A DNA stretch of 64,000 bases from an uncultured delta proteobacterium (GTDB lineage Bacteria > Myxococcota > Myxococcia > Myxococcales > Anaeromyxobacteraceae): positions 64,001-128,000 of the forward strand of contig CAWFDF010000011.1 in NCBI GenBank assembly GCA_963814585.1. Reading direction: 5' to 3'. Positions within the stretch are counted from its first letter, which is position 1. Each line of letters starts with the position of its first letter. The notes beneath the pieces were generated by a model. The model was not told the DNA's origin and did not search any database. It saw only the letters and a program-made list of their open reading frames with translations. Positions 1-9,900 of this stretch are shown piece after piece. Position numbers and translations under genes: made by a program.

Positions 1-767
1 TCCCCGCAGCCGTCCGGCTGGTAGAGCTGGGCCACCGCCGCCAGCTGGGCGTCGAAGTCGCCGCTGGTGGACTCCCGGACGCCGTCGCCGTCGTAGTCGA
101 GCGGGTTCTGGAGGAGGAAGTTGGCGCCGAGCGGGCTGGCGGTCACCGCCCAGGAGCCGTTCAGCACCGGGATCCCGAAGAAGTCGGGATCGAGGGCGGT
201 CGAGGCGGTGTTGCTGCGGGTCAGGACCCGCTCCACCATGGCCAGCAGCAGCTGGGCCGGCGTGCCGGCGGTGGCCATGTCGCGACGGATGAGGGTGCGG
301 GTGCCGTTGCTGACCCCGTCGCCGACGTAGGCCGGCGGGTTGAGCTGCGCGAACTTCTTCCCCTCGGCGCTCAGCCAGGCCTCGACGATGAGCGTCTCGG
401 TGACGTTGGCGGCGTCGAGGTCGACCTGGCTGGCCGTCGACTCCTCCCCCACCTCGGGGACCAGCGCCCGCCAGACGGTGTTGCCGCCGCGGGCCTGGAC
501 CCGCAGGAACGAGTAGCCGGCCGAGGGGAGCCGGGCCTGGTAGCTGGGTGGGGCCCCGCCGGCCTCCAGCCAGAAGGGGGCGACGGCGTTGCCGTCGCCG
601 TCGAGCACCACCAGCTGCGCCGGCGTGACGCCGTCGTAGGCCGCGCCGGTGATGGTGGAGGCCGGCCGATCGTAGGGCTGGTGGGCCAGGCCGGAGAAGA
701 GGTTCTCGAGCCCGCAGCCGGTGAGGGCCGAGAGCAGGACGATGCCGACGGGAATGAGTGTGCGCAT
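1..767 (-). CDS. Uncharacterised lipoprotein of the alpha-glucan locus (3' end runs off the window)
   Basis: Not in the ORF track. Manual translation from ATG at 767 gives MRTLIPVGIVLLSALTG-C-GLENLFSG..., a lipobox, open to base 1. Start overlaps the upstream gene's stop. Contains a DYDGDG Ca-binding-like motif. Confidence 0.8.
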   Translation of the reverse strand, partial: MRTLIPVGIVLLSALTGCGLENLFSGLAHQPYDRPASTITGAAYDGVTPAQLVVLDGDGNAVAPFWLEAGGAPPSYQARLPSAGYSFLRVQARGGNTVWRALVPEVGEESTASQVDLDAANVTETLIVEAWLSAEGKKFAQLNPPAYVGDGVSNGTRTLIRRDMATAGTPAQLLLAMVERVLTRSNTASTALDPDFFGIPVLNGSWAVTASPLGANFLLQNPLDYDGDGVRESTSGDFDAQLAAVAQLYQPDGCG

Positions 768-2743
768 CACCACGCCACCTCGAACGTCGCCTTGGACCGC
801 CAGACGTTCCACACCTGGTTGTAGTTGGCCGCCGGATCGCGGAGCAGATCCTTGTGGAAGTACTCGATCATGTAGCTGAGGTTCGCGCCGCCGAAGAGGT
901 AGGTGAGGCCGCCGCGCGCGGTGTGACGCTTGGTGTCGTCGTCGTAGTAGCCGCCGGTCTGGGAGCCGACCCGGTTGGCCTCCGTCCACGAGGAGTACTC
1001 GTACCCCAGCGTGGTCTTGAGCTCGTTGGTGGGCTGCAGCGCCAGGACGCCGTAGACCAGGAAGGCGTCGCCGACGTAGTCGTCGCCGGTGGGGTCCTTG
1101 GCGGTGGCGCCGGGGGGGACGTAGTTCTTGTTGCGGCCGTCGACGTCGTGGACGTACTTGACCTTGGCGAGCACGGAGGCGCCCGACCAGAAGGGCAGGG
1201 CGTACTGGGCATTGAGGACGCCGAGGTAGGTGGAGCGGTCCTGGAACTCGGCGTAGACGCTGCGGGGGTCCTTGCCGCGGGCGTAGACGTTGGCGTAGTC
1301 GGCGGCGGCGGTGAAGGCGGTCGTGTCGGTGAACCCGTTGGTGTAGAGGAAGTCCGGGTACTGGTTCTTGGTGTCGCGCCCCTGGGCGTTGGTGGCGTAG
1401 CCGATGAAGGTCCCCTCGGCGGTCAGCTTGAGCGGGCCGGAGACGTACTCGAGCAGCGCGGTGGCGCCCTGCCAGCCGATGCACGACTCGTACCAGGGCT
1501 CGTCGAAGTCCTGGAACTCGTTGGCGATGTTGAGGGTGGGCAGCTGGCCGCCGCGGGTGAAGCCGCCGGTGATGATGCCGTCGGTGAGCAGCACGTCGGC
1601 CTCGCGGCGCGAGCCCATCACGGCGTTGTACTCGGCGCCGATGTAGAAGCCCTCGACCTTGAGCGAGAGGCCGAACTGGAACGGGTCGATGAACTCCACC
1701 AGCGCCTTGGCGGCGAAGTCGTTGGAGGCGACCGGGTTGCCCTGCGCGTCGGTCTTGAAGACCACCGGCGAGAACCCCTGCCCGTTGGTCACCTGGTTGG
1801 TGGCGTACTCCGGGTTGACGTCGTTGGAGGAGTAGGCCACCAGCCCCGAGACCGCGATCCAGTCCATCGAGGACGGGTTCCAGGCGCCGTCGAGGGTGAC
1901 GTTGATGCCGCGGAAGCGGGAGTCGAGCTGCACCGAGTGGTCGGCCCCACGGGCGGCGGAGGCGTCCCCGGTGAGCATGGGGCTGTACTTGTCGGCCTCC
2001 CAGTCCTGGATCACGCTGCCGATCAGCTTGAAGCGCAGGTCGTCGGTGGGCCGGCTCTCCAGCTTGAGGGCGAAGGCCCAGTCGGTGCCGTAGAGGTAGG
2101 CCTTCGGGTCGTTGTAGGAGAGGCCGGTCTGCCAGCCCGGGCCGGCCCAGAGCTTGGGGAGGGCCATGGCGCCGGTGGCGTAGGTCAGCCTCCCGCCCGA
2201 GAGCGCCTCGCCCTCGACGAAGAGGCCGGTGCCGTTGTCGCGGTCGATGTAGCGGGCCTTGCCGATGGTCCACTCGTTCCACATCGAGTAGTCGGTGGAG
2301 CCGATGGTGATCCACTTCACGGTGGGGATGGGCGGCGCCGCCCTCACCCAGGCCCCGCGCAGCTTGATGTAGGCGGCGTGGTTCATGCCCAGGCTCTCGC
2401 CCGAGGTGTCGTAGACGCCCGGCTTCAGGTCGCCGTTCTCCCACCAGTCCTGCCACATCATGCCCCAGCGGCTCTGCAGCCGGACGCCGGCGGTGACCCT
2501 GGGGCTGATCTTCCCCTTGATCAGCAGCTCGAACTCGGTGCAGGCGCCGTTGTGGCCCTGGATGTTGTCCACCCAGAACGGGTTGGACATGGACAGGCAG
2601 CCCTGGGTGTTGTCGTTCTGGTACATGTACTTCGTGTAGATCTTGCCGCTCAGGTCGAAGGCGCCCATGTCGGCGCGCGCCAGCGGCGCCGCCAGCAGGA
2701 GCAGGACCGCGATCAGGGCACTCTGGAGTGGTGACCTCGTCAT
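767..2743 (-). CDS. Outer-membrane beta-barrel protein, putative maltodextrin porin (divergent LamB-like)
   Basis: Signal peptide MTRSPLQSALIAVLLLLAAPLARA; alternating amphipathic strands rich in Y/W/F; C-terminal beta-signal SKATFEVAW; lies in a GH13 operon. Confidence 0.7.
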   Translation of the reverse strand: MTRSPLQSALIAVLLLLAAPLARADMGAFDLSGKIYTKYMYQNDNTQGCLSMSNPFWVDNIQGHNGACTEFELLIKGKISPRVTAGVRLQSRWGMMWQDWWENGDLKPGVYDTSGESLGMNHAAYIKLRGAWVRAAPPIPTVKWITIGSTDYSMWNEWTIGKARYIDRDNGTGLFVEGEALSGGRLTYATGAMALPKLWAGPGWQTGLSYNDPKAYLYGTDWAFALKLESRPTDDLRFKLIGSVIQDWEADKYSPMLTGDASAARGADHSVQLDSRFRGINVTLDGAWNPSSMDWIAVSGLVAYSSNDVNPEYATNQVTNGQGFSPVVFKTDAQGNPVASNDFAAKALVEFIDPFQFGLSLKVEGFYIGAEYNAVMGSRREADVLLTDGIITGGFTRGGQLPTLNIANEFQDFDEPWYESCIGWQGATALLEYVSGPLKLTAEGTFIGYATNAQGRDTKNQYPDFLYTNGFTDTTAFTAAADYANVYARGKDPRSVYAEFQDRSTYLGVLNAQYALPFWSGASVLAKVKYVHDVDGRNKNYVPPGATAKDPTGDDYVGDAFLVYGVLALQPTNELKTTLGYEYSSWTEANRVGSQTGGYYDDDTKRHTARGGLTYLFGGANLSYMIEYFHKDLLRDPAANYNQVWNVWRSKATFEVAW

Positions 2744-2751
2744 GGTGACCT

Positions 2752-3621
2752 TCACTTGGCGCAGGGGTAGACCAGCGGGACCACGGCCAGGTCCTCGGGC
2801 TTCACCGCGGTGGTGGCCGCCTTGTTGAACTTCGAGAGGAGCTCGTACTGCTTCGCGGCCGGATCGCCACCGGGCGGCACGAGGAGGTCGACGACGTGCG
2901 GGTCGTTGTCGAAGTCGGTGCCGCCGCCGAAGCGGTGCTGCCCCTCGAACTCGTTGACCTTGCGGGTGAGCAGGTCGGTCTTGTCGGGGAAGCCCTCGTT
3001 CGACTGCATGAGCACCTGGTAGCCCCAGCCGGCCTGCGGCGGGCCACCCAGCGCCTTGACGTCGACCACGGCGATGAGCGTCCGTCCCTGGGCCCGGGTC
3101 ACCTTGGGGACGATGATGCGATCCTTCCACTGCGGGCACTTCGAGTCGATCTCGGAGTTCACCCGGGTCGGCCCCTGCGGCGAGATGATGACCACCTTGT
3201 CCCAGGCCTGGTCCTCGGCGAAGCGCACGTTGAAGCCGGGCAGGCCGGCGGTGACGCCGCTCCCCTTGGCGTGGTCGGTGTCGAGGTGGATGGCCGCCAT
3301 CTGCACCGAGAAGCCGTTGCCGCCCCAGGCGGCGCTGTCCCACGGGTCCTCGATGCGCGACTTGACCGTGACCCTGAACTCGACGGTGTCGCCGGTCGGG
3401 ACCACCTCGAGCTCGGTGATGTCGAAGGAGCCGGGCCGGTAGACGGCGTCGGTCGGGTAGAGGTAGTTGCCCGGCCCCTTGTCGTCGCCGGCCGGGTCGG
3501 GGAACTTGAAGCCGCTCTTGGCGGTGCAGGCCACCGCGGGGTCGGCGGCCAGGGCGGCCAGCGGCGCCAGCAGGGCGGCCAGCGCGACGGCAGAGAGCAA
3601 GCGAACGGGCGACGTGGTCAT
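2752..3621 (-). CDS. Secreted glucodextranase C-terminal / DOMON-like carbohydrate-binding protein
   Basis: Signal peptide, then DPAGDDKGPGNYLYPT...FDI...PW...GFSVQ...LDT, the pattern of the glucodextranase/amylopullulanase C-terminal DOMON-like domain. Confidence 0.8.
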   Translation of the reverse strand: MTTSPVRLLSAVALAALLAPLAALAADPAVACTAKSGFKFPDPAGDDKGPGNYLYPTDAVYRPGSFDITELEVVPTGDTVEFRVTVKSRIEDPWDSAAWGGNGFSVQMAAIHLDTDHAKGSGVTAGLPGFNVRFAEDQAWDKVVIISPQGPTRVNSEIDSKCPQWKDRIIVPKVTRAQGRTLIAVVDVKALGGPPQAGWGYQVLMQSNEGFPDKTDLLTRKVNEFEGQHRFGGGTDFDNDPHVVDLLVPPGGDPAAKQYELLSKFNKAATTAVKPEDLAVVPLVYPCAK

Positions 3622-3646
3622 GTCGGGGTCTCCGTGAGCTTCGGGT

Positions 3647-5311
3647 TCAGTCCAGCGACAGGAAGGCGAACGATGAGGCGTTGAGGCCGGGGACGGAGAT
3701 GCTGCTGGCGGTGCCGGTCGGCGTGCCGCCGAGGCCGCCGTCGAGCAGGACCGCGGGGGTCCCGCCGACCCCGACCGTGAAGGCGCCGCTGGCGGCCTTG
3801 GCGAAGTTGGCGACGAAGAGGACTCGCTTCCCTTCCCAGGTCCGGAGCTGGGCGAAGGCGCCGTTCCCGCCGCCGGTGGGCGCCAGGCGGGTGGCCCCGC
3901 CGCGGGCCAGCGGCGGCTGGGCGTGGCGCAGCTTGATGAGGTTGCGGAACAGGTTGTAGAGCGAGGCCGGGTCGGCCCGCTGCGTCTCCAGCTCGACACC
4001 GGCCGGCTCCGTGGGCGGGGCGTAGGCATCGAACCAGGTCGTGGTCCCGGTGGTGAACCCGTGGTAGCCGCCGGTCGACGTGGTCCAGCGATAGGGCGTG
4101 CGCTTGCCCGGGTCGCCGGAGCTCCCCTGGCCGCGCATGCCGAGCTCGTCGCCGTAGTAGAGGAAGGGGGTGCCGGGCATGGCCAGCAGCGTGGCGGCCG
4201 CCACCCGGGCCTCCGGGGAGTTCCAGCCCAGCAGGCCGATGCCCCTGCCGGTGTCGTGGTTGGAGAGGAAGGGGGCCTCGAAGCCGCGGTCCTTCGAGTC
4301 GAGCGCGGCGGCGAAGCGGTCCACCATGGTGCTGAGCTCGGAGGCCCGGCCCAGCTGGGCCGCGTTGAGGATGGCGTCGTTCAGGCCGAAGGAGAAGGCC
4401 AGCTGCACCTCCGTGCCCGCGGCGGCGCCCTCGCCGTGGTAGCTGGCCGTCAACTCGGGCGCCGCCCAGGCCTCGGCCACCAGCAGCGCGTCGGGGTACT
4501 GGGCCTGGAGGGCCGCCCGGGTCCGCTGCAGGAAGGCGTGGGTCTCCGGCTGGTCCACCTGGCCGCCGGAGCCGTTCTCGACGAAGTAGCGGACGGCGTC
4601 GAGCCGGAAGCCGGCCACCCCGCGCGCCAGCCAGAACTTCATCGAGTCGACCAGCTCGGCCTCGACGGCGGCGTTGCGCAGGTCGAGGTCCGGCATGCTG
4701 GCGTCGAAGACGGCGTAGTAGTAGCCGGTCGGCCCGCCGAAGCGGAAGGCGCGGCCGGTCCCCACCGGGCTCAGCCAGCCCGGATCGGTCGGGCTCCAGA
4801 CGTACCAGGCGCGCTTCGCCGAGGTGGTGGACGTGGCCGAGTCCTGGAACCAGGGGTGCTGCGACGAGGAGTGGTTGAGCACCATGTCGAGCAGGACCCT
4901 GATGTTCCGCCTGCGGGCCTCGGCGACGAAGGCGTCGAAGTCGGCCAGCGTTCCGTACTGCGGGTTGATGGCCCGGTAGTCCCTGACGTCGTAGCCGTGG
5001 TAGCTGGGGGAGGGGAAGACCGGCATGAGCCAGACGAAGTCGACGCCGAGCGAGTTGGTGCTGGCGGCCGGGGCGCCGTCGTTCAGCTCGGGCAGCTTTG
5101 CGGTCAGACCCTTCAGGTCGCCGATGCCGTCGCCGTCGGAGTCGGCGAAGCTGCGGACGAAGATCTCGTAGCCGACCTGGTTGCGCCACCAGCCCGAGGT
5201 GTTGGGGGTGATGGGCGGGGCCGCTGGCGTGCTGGAGCCGCCGCAGGCCGTCCCCAGGAGCGCGGCGCAGAGGAGGCCGGCGCTCCGTCCCGTGAGGAGC
5301 GGCGCCCTCAT
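3647..5311 (-). CDS. GH13 alpha-amylase family lipoprotein
   Basis: Lipobox LGTAC; YEIFVRSFADSDGDGIGD, SYHGYDV, DMVLNH, GFRLDAVRY, AEAW, FLSNHD conserved GH13 regions. Confidence 0.92.
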   Translation of the reverse strand: MRAPLLTGRSAGLLCAALLGTACGGSSTPAAPPITPNTSGWWRNQVGYEIFVRSFADSDGDGIGDLKGLTAKLPELNDGAPAASTNSLGVDFVWLMPVFPSPSYHGYDVRDYRAINPQYGTLADFDAFVAEARRRNIRVLLDMVLNHSSSQHPWFQDSATSTTSAKRAWYVWSPTDPGWLSPVGTGRAFRFGGPTGYYYAVFDASMPDLDLRNAAVEAELVDSMKFWLARGVAGFRLDAVRYFVENGSGGQVDQPETHAFLQRTRAALQAQYPDALLVAEAWAAPELTASYHGEGAAAGTEVQLAFSFGLNDAILNAAQLGRASELSTMVDRFAAALDSKDRGFEAPFLSNHDTGRGIGLLGWNSPEARVAAATLLAMPGTPFLYYGDELGMRGQGSSGDPGKRTPYRWTTSTGGYHGFTTGTTTWFDAYAPPTEPAGVELETQRADPASLYNLFRNLIKLRHAQPPLARGGATRLAPTGGGNGAFAQLRTWEGKRVLFVANFAKAASGAFTVGVGGTPAVLLDGGLGGTPTGTASSISVPGLNASSFAFLSLD

Positions 5312-5407
5312 CGCTGGCCTCCGGTCACGCGCTTCGGTCCAGGCGCCATTCGCCTCCCCTGAATCACCGGCCGCGCCTCGCGCCGGCCGGTCTGCCTTTC
5401 CAGCAGA

Positions 5408-5434
5408 ATTAATTCGGAGTATGGTCGAACTGAT
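5408..5434. promoter_or_regulatory. Candidate ROK-family operator (imperfect inverted repeat)
   Basis: ATTAATTCG-N9-CGAACTGAT (7/9 arm match), AT-rich, in the divergent intergenic region between the amylase and the ROK regulator. Confidence 0.4.
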
Positions 5435-5641
5435 GTTCAGGGACCAGACCAAAGTGTTCCTACCACCTGGCGCCCCTGGGTGTATCGCTGCCGAAAGCCA
5501 CAGACCCAAAGTGCACGGGTTCGAGTCCGAGGCCATGAGTGACGATGAAAGCACAGTAGAATCGGTCACTTGTCTCTCTGCTCTCCAGGGGACGTCGGGT
5601 GGAGGCGCCTTCGTCGTGACGGTCGGACGGGGTAGTCCTTA

Positions 5642-6889
5642 GTGATGGCGGGCTCCCAGCGCATGCTGAAGCGGCTCAACCGGAGAGCCATCGTCCGTCA
5701 CCTCAAGTCAAGGCCGGGCCTGGTCCGGGGCCAGCTGGCGGAGCTCACCGGCCTCGCCGAGTCCACCGTCTCGGTCCTGGTCGGGGAGTTGATCGCCGAG
5801 GGGTGGATCCGGCAGGCCGGCTCCTTGGGCACCGGGGCCGTGGGGCGCCGGGCGCAGTCGCTCGAGGTCGATCCGACCCGGCTCACCCTGCTCGGGGCCG
5901 AGGTGGGCGACGACTTCCTCAACGTCGTCGCCTGTGGCCTGCAGGGCGAGGTCCTCTTCTCGAGGACCGTCGACTACCGTCACGTCGAGCTGGGCCGGTC
6001 GATCGGCGACGTGGCCGACCTCATCATGGTGGCCCGCGCCGCCGTCCTGGCCCGCCACCGCAAGGTGCTCGGCGTCGGCGTCGGCGTGCCGGGCATGGTG
6101 GGGAGCGACGGCTTCCTGCGGCTGGCCCCGAGCATCGGCTGGCGCGAGGTCCCGTTCGGCGAGCTGCTCGCCGGCGCCCTCCGGGACCGGCGCGGCGCCG
6201 GCCTGCCGGTCACCGTGCTCAACGACGCCAACGCCGCGGCCCTGAGCGAGTACGTCTTCGGCGCCAGCCCCACCCTCGGCACCCTGGTCTTCCTCAGCCT
6301 CGGCTACGGCATCGGGGCCGGGATCATGCTGGACGACCGGCTCCACGTCGGCCACGACGGCCTCGCCGGCGAGGTGGGCCACGCCGTCGTCAAGCCCGGG
6401 GGCGCCCCCTGCGCCTGCGGTCGGCGCGGCTGCGTCGAGACCATCCTCTCGCAGAAGGTGATCAGCCGGAAGGCCACCGGCCGCGAGGAGCCGGTCCTCC
6501 ACGTGGCCGAGCTGGTCGCCATGCTGGAGCGCGGCGACGCCACGCTGAGGAAGGTGGTCCGCGAGGCGGGCGAGCAGCTCGGCCAGGTGCTCCAGAACCT
6601 GGTGGTGACCATCAACCCCGAGCTGGTCATCCTCGGTGGGCCACTCAGCCGACTGCAGGGGCTGGTCGACGTCGCCATCGACCAGCTGAAGCGGCTGGAG
6701 GGCGAGCTGCCCTACCACCACGCCGAGGTCCGGGTCTGCCGCTTCGGCCTCGACGCCGCGGCGGTGGGCGCGGCCGCCAGCGTGCTCCACCAGGCCATCC
6801 ACCCCCCGGTCAGGTCGCTGGCGGCCATCGACCCGGCCGAGCGCGACATGGCGCCGCGGCCCGGCATCGGCCGGCCCCTTCCCTTATGA
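5642..6889 (+). CDS. ROK family transcriptional regulator (NagC/XylR-like)
   Basis: N-terminal HTH (RGQLAELTGLAESTVSVLVGEL), NDANAAA, GIGAG, GEVGH and CACGRRGCVE zinc motif. Confidence 0.93.
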   Translation: MMAGSQRMLKRLNRRAIVRHLKSRPGLVRGQLAELTGLAESTVSVLVGELIAEGWIRQAGSLGTGAVGRRAQSLEVDPTRLTLLGAEVGDDFLNVVACGLQGEVLFSRTVDYRHVELGRSIGDVADLIMVARAAVLARHRKVLGVGVGVPGMVGSDGFLRLAPSIGWREVPFGELLAGALRDRRGAGLPVTVLNDANAAALSEYVFGASPTLGTLVFLSLGYGIGAGIMLDDRLHVGHDGLAGEVGHAVVKPGGAPCACGRRGCVETILSQKVISRKATGREEPVLHVAELVAMLERGDATLRKVVREAGEQLGQVLQNLVVTINPELVILGGPLSRLQGLVDVAIDQLKRLEGELPYHHAEVRVCRFGLDAAAVGAAASVLHQAIHPPVRSLAAIDPAERDMAPRPGIGRPLPL

Positions 6890-6929
6890 TCGACGCCGTC
6901 CAACCGCCTCACGCCCAGAGGACCGCCCC

Positions 6930-9900
6930 GTGACCATGCCCCGCCTCGCCGTCAACGCGCACCCAGCGCGCGCCCTCCTCGCCGTCGGCCTCGTCACCCT
7001 CGCCGGCGCCTGCTCCAGCTCATCCTCCTCCCCGGGCGCCGATCTCTCCGCGTGCGACGGGAACGTCATGGTGACGCTGAACGCCGTGGCGGTGGCGCCA
7101 GGCCCCGTCTGCGACCCCACCAAGCCCACCACGCTCAAGATCCACTACCACCGCGACGACGGGGACTACGCCGGCTGGGGCCTCCACGTCTGGACGCTGG
7201 TCCCGTCGGCGTCCGGGGCGCCGGTGGTGACGGAGACCGCCTGGGCCAGCCCGCTGGCCCAGGCGGGCACCGACGCCTTCGGCGTCTACTTCCAGCCGGC
7301 GGTGCTCGCCTCGAGCGGCACCGTCGGCTACATCTTCCACAAGGGCGACACCAAGGACCTTCCCGACGACCAGAGCTACGCGCTGAAGTGCGGCGACAAC
7401 GAGATCTGGCGCCTCTCCGGCGACACCGCCACCTACCTGACCGCGCCGCCGACGGGTGGCGTGAAGGACATCGCCACCGTCCGGGTCCACTACCGCCGCT
7501 TCGACGGCGCCTTTGACCAGTGGGGCCTGCACCTCTTTGCCGCCGGCGGAATCGACCCCGCCAGGCTGCCCGGCCTGACGCTCAACGACTGGAGCAGCCC
7601 GGTGCCCTTCAGCGCCATGCCCGGATACGCCGCCAGCGCTGACGGCTCCGAGGTGACCTTCGACATCCCGGTGCTCAACCCCGTAGGCGACGCCACCCGC
7701 ACCGCCCTCACCTTCGTGATCCACGGTATGCCGTCCAACCCGAACGGCGGGGTGGACAACAAGGACGGCCGGAGCGGCGACATCGTGGTGAACTACGCGC
7801 GCCTCACCGTGGCCGCGCAGGTGGGCGAAGTCTGGCTGGCGCAGGAGGACAGCAGCGTCTACTCCGTGGTGCCCGACCTGCGCAGCGCCTCGACCACCGA
7901 CGCGCGAGCCGTCTGGCTGACGAGGCAGCTGATCAAGTGGCCCAAGGTGGACGGGACCGGCGCTTTCAAGCTCTACCGGTCGGCCACCGCCCGGCTGCTC
8001 GCGCCCAAGGACGCCAAGGTGACCGGCGCCGACGGCGCGCTCACGCTCGACGTCTTCACCGGGACCATCCCGCCCGACGTGGCGACGCGCTTCAAGTACG
8101 TCTCGGGCGGCGTGGTGCTGTCGCTGAGGGCGGCCGACCTGGCCGGGATCGCGACGATGCTCAGGGACCAGCTGGTGCTGGTGCAGGAGGACGGGGCCGG
8201 CCTGGTCCAGAACGCCACCACCCTGCAGGTGGCCGGGGCGCTCGACGACCTCTATGCGGCGGCCAACGCGGCCACCGCCGACCTCGGCGCCAGCCCGGCC
8301 GCGGGGCAGACCGCCTTCAAGCTCTGGGCGCCGACGGCGCGCAAGGTTTCGCTCTGCACCTACGACACCGGGGCCGGTGGCGCCACCGCGCTCGACGCCA
8401 TGACCTTCGACGCCGCCACCGGCACCTGGAGCGTGGCCAGGCCGGGCGACTTCTCCGGCAAGTACTATCGCTACGTGGTGGAGGTCTTCGCCCGCGGCGT
8501 GGGCATGGTGCGCAACCTGGTGACCGACCCGTACTCAGTCAGCCTCACCACCGACTCGAAGCGCAGCTACGTGGCCGACCTGTCGGCGACGCGGCTCCGC
8601 CCGGCAGGCTGGGACACCGCGCCGTCGCCGCCCCAGCCCGGAGCCCAGACCGACCTCGCCATCTACGAGCTGCACGTCCGCGACTTCTCGATCAACGACG
8701 CCAGCGTGCCGCTGGCGCACCGAGGCAGGTACCTGGCCTTCACCGACGCCACCTCCGACGGCATGAAGCACCTGAAGGCGCTGGCCACGGCCGGGGTGAC
8801 CGACATCCACCTGCTGCCGGTCTTCGACCTCGCCACCGTCAAGGAGAACCCGGCGGACCGGGTCGACCTGACCTCGCCGTTCGCCGACCTGTGCGCCAGG
8901 TCGCCCGTGCCCATCGCCGCCTCCCGCTGCGCCCCGTTCGCGGGCAAGACCGTGGGCGAGGCCCTGGCCACCTTCGGGCCGGCCGCCACGCAGCAGCAGG
9001 AGTTCGTGGGCTACATGGCCGAGCTCGACGGCTTCAACTGGGGCTACGACCCGTTCCACTACACCGCGCCCGAGGGGAGCTACGCCAGCGATGCCGCCGA
9101 CGGCGCCACCCGGGTGCTGGAGTTCCGGCAGATGGTGATGGGGCTGCACCAGGCCGGCCTGCGGGTCGGCATGGACGTGGTCTACAACCACACCACCGCC
9201 CACGGGCAGGGCGAGAAGTCGGTGCTGGACCGGATCGTGCCGGGCTACTACCACCGGCTCGACGCCGCCGGCGCGGTGACCAAGTCCACCTGCTGCAGCA
9301 ACACCGCCACCGAGAACGCCATGATGGCCAAGCTGATGAGCGACTCGGTGCTGACCTGGGCCACCCAGTACCGGATCGACTCCTTCCGCTTCGACCTGAT
9401 GGGCCACCAGCCGCGCTCGGTGATGGAGGCCATCAAGGCCCGGCTCAGGGCGGCGACCGGACGTGACATCCACCTCCTCGGCGAGGGCTGGAACTTCGAG
9501 GAGGTCAAGGACGGGGCCCGCTTCGTCCAGGCCTCGCAGCTCTCGCTCAACGGCTCGGGCATCGCCACCTTCAGCGACCGCGCCCGCGACCGGATCCGCG
9601 GCGGCGGCCCGTTCGACAGCGGTGCCAGCCTGGTGGCGAACCAGGGCTACGTCAACGGCCTCTCCTACGATCCCAACGCCAGCGGCCCGACCGGGGCCGC
9701 CGCGGTCAACGCCCTGGCCGCAGCCGCCGACATGGTCCGCGTCGGGCTGGCCGGCTCGATCCGCGACTACCCGCTCACCGCCTGGGATGGCACCGCCACC
9801 ACGCTGCAGGCCGTCGACTACAACGGCCAGCCGGCTGGCTACGTCACCTCGCCCGACGAGGTGGTCAACTACGTCGAGAACCACGACAACCAGACCTTCT

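Noticed and set aside
758..2734. Long alternative-frame and antisense ORFs (758-2734 +, 8535-10787 -, 18342-20615 -, 29688-33413 +, 39159-43511 +, 39376-43449 -)
   Set aside because: Shadows of real genes caused by high GC3 and few stop codons; translations are R/G/P/A-rich with no motifs.
5480..5540. Possible c-di-GMP-I riboswitch (CCGAAAG...GACCCAAAG)
   Set aside because: Lacks the GGCAAAC element and convincing P2 pairing.
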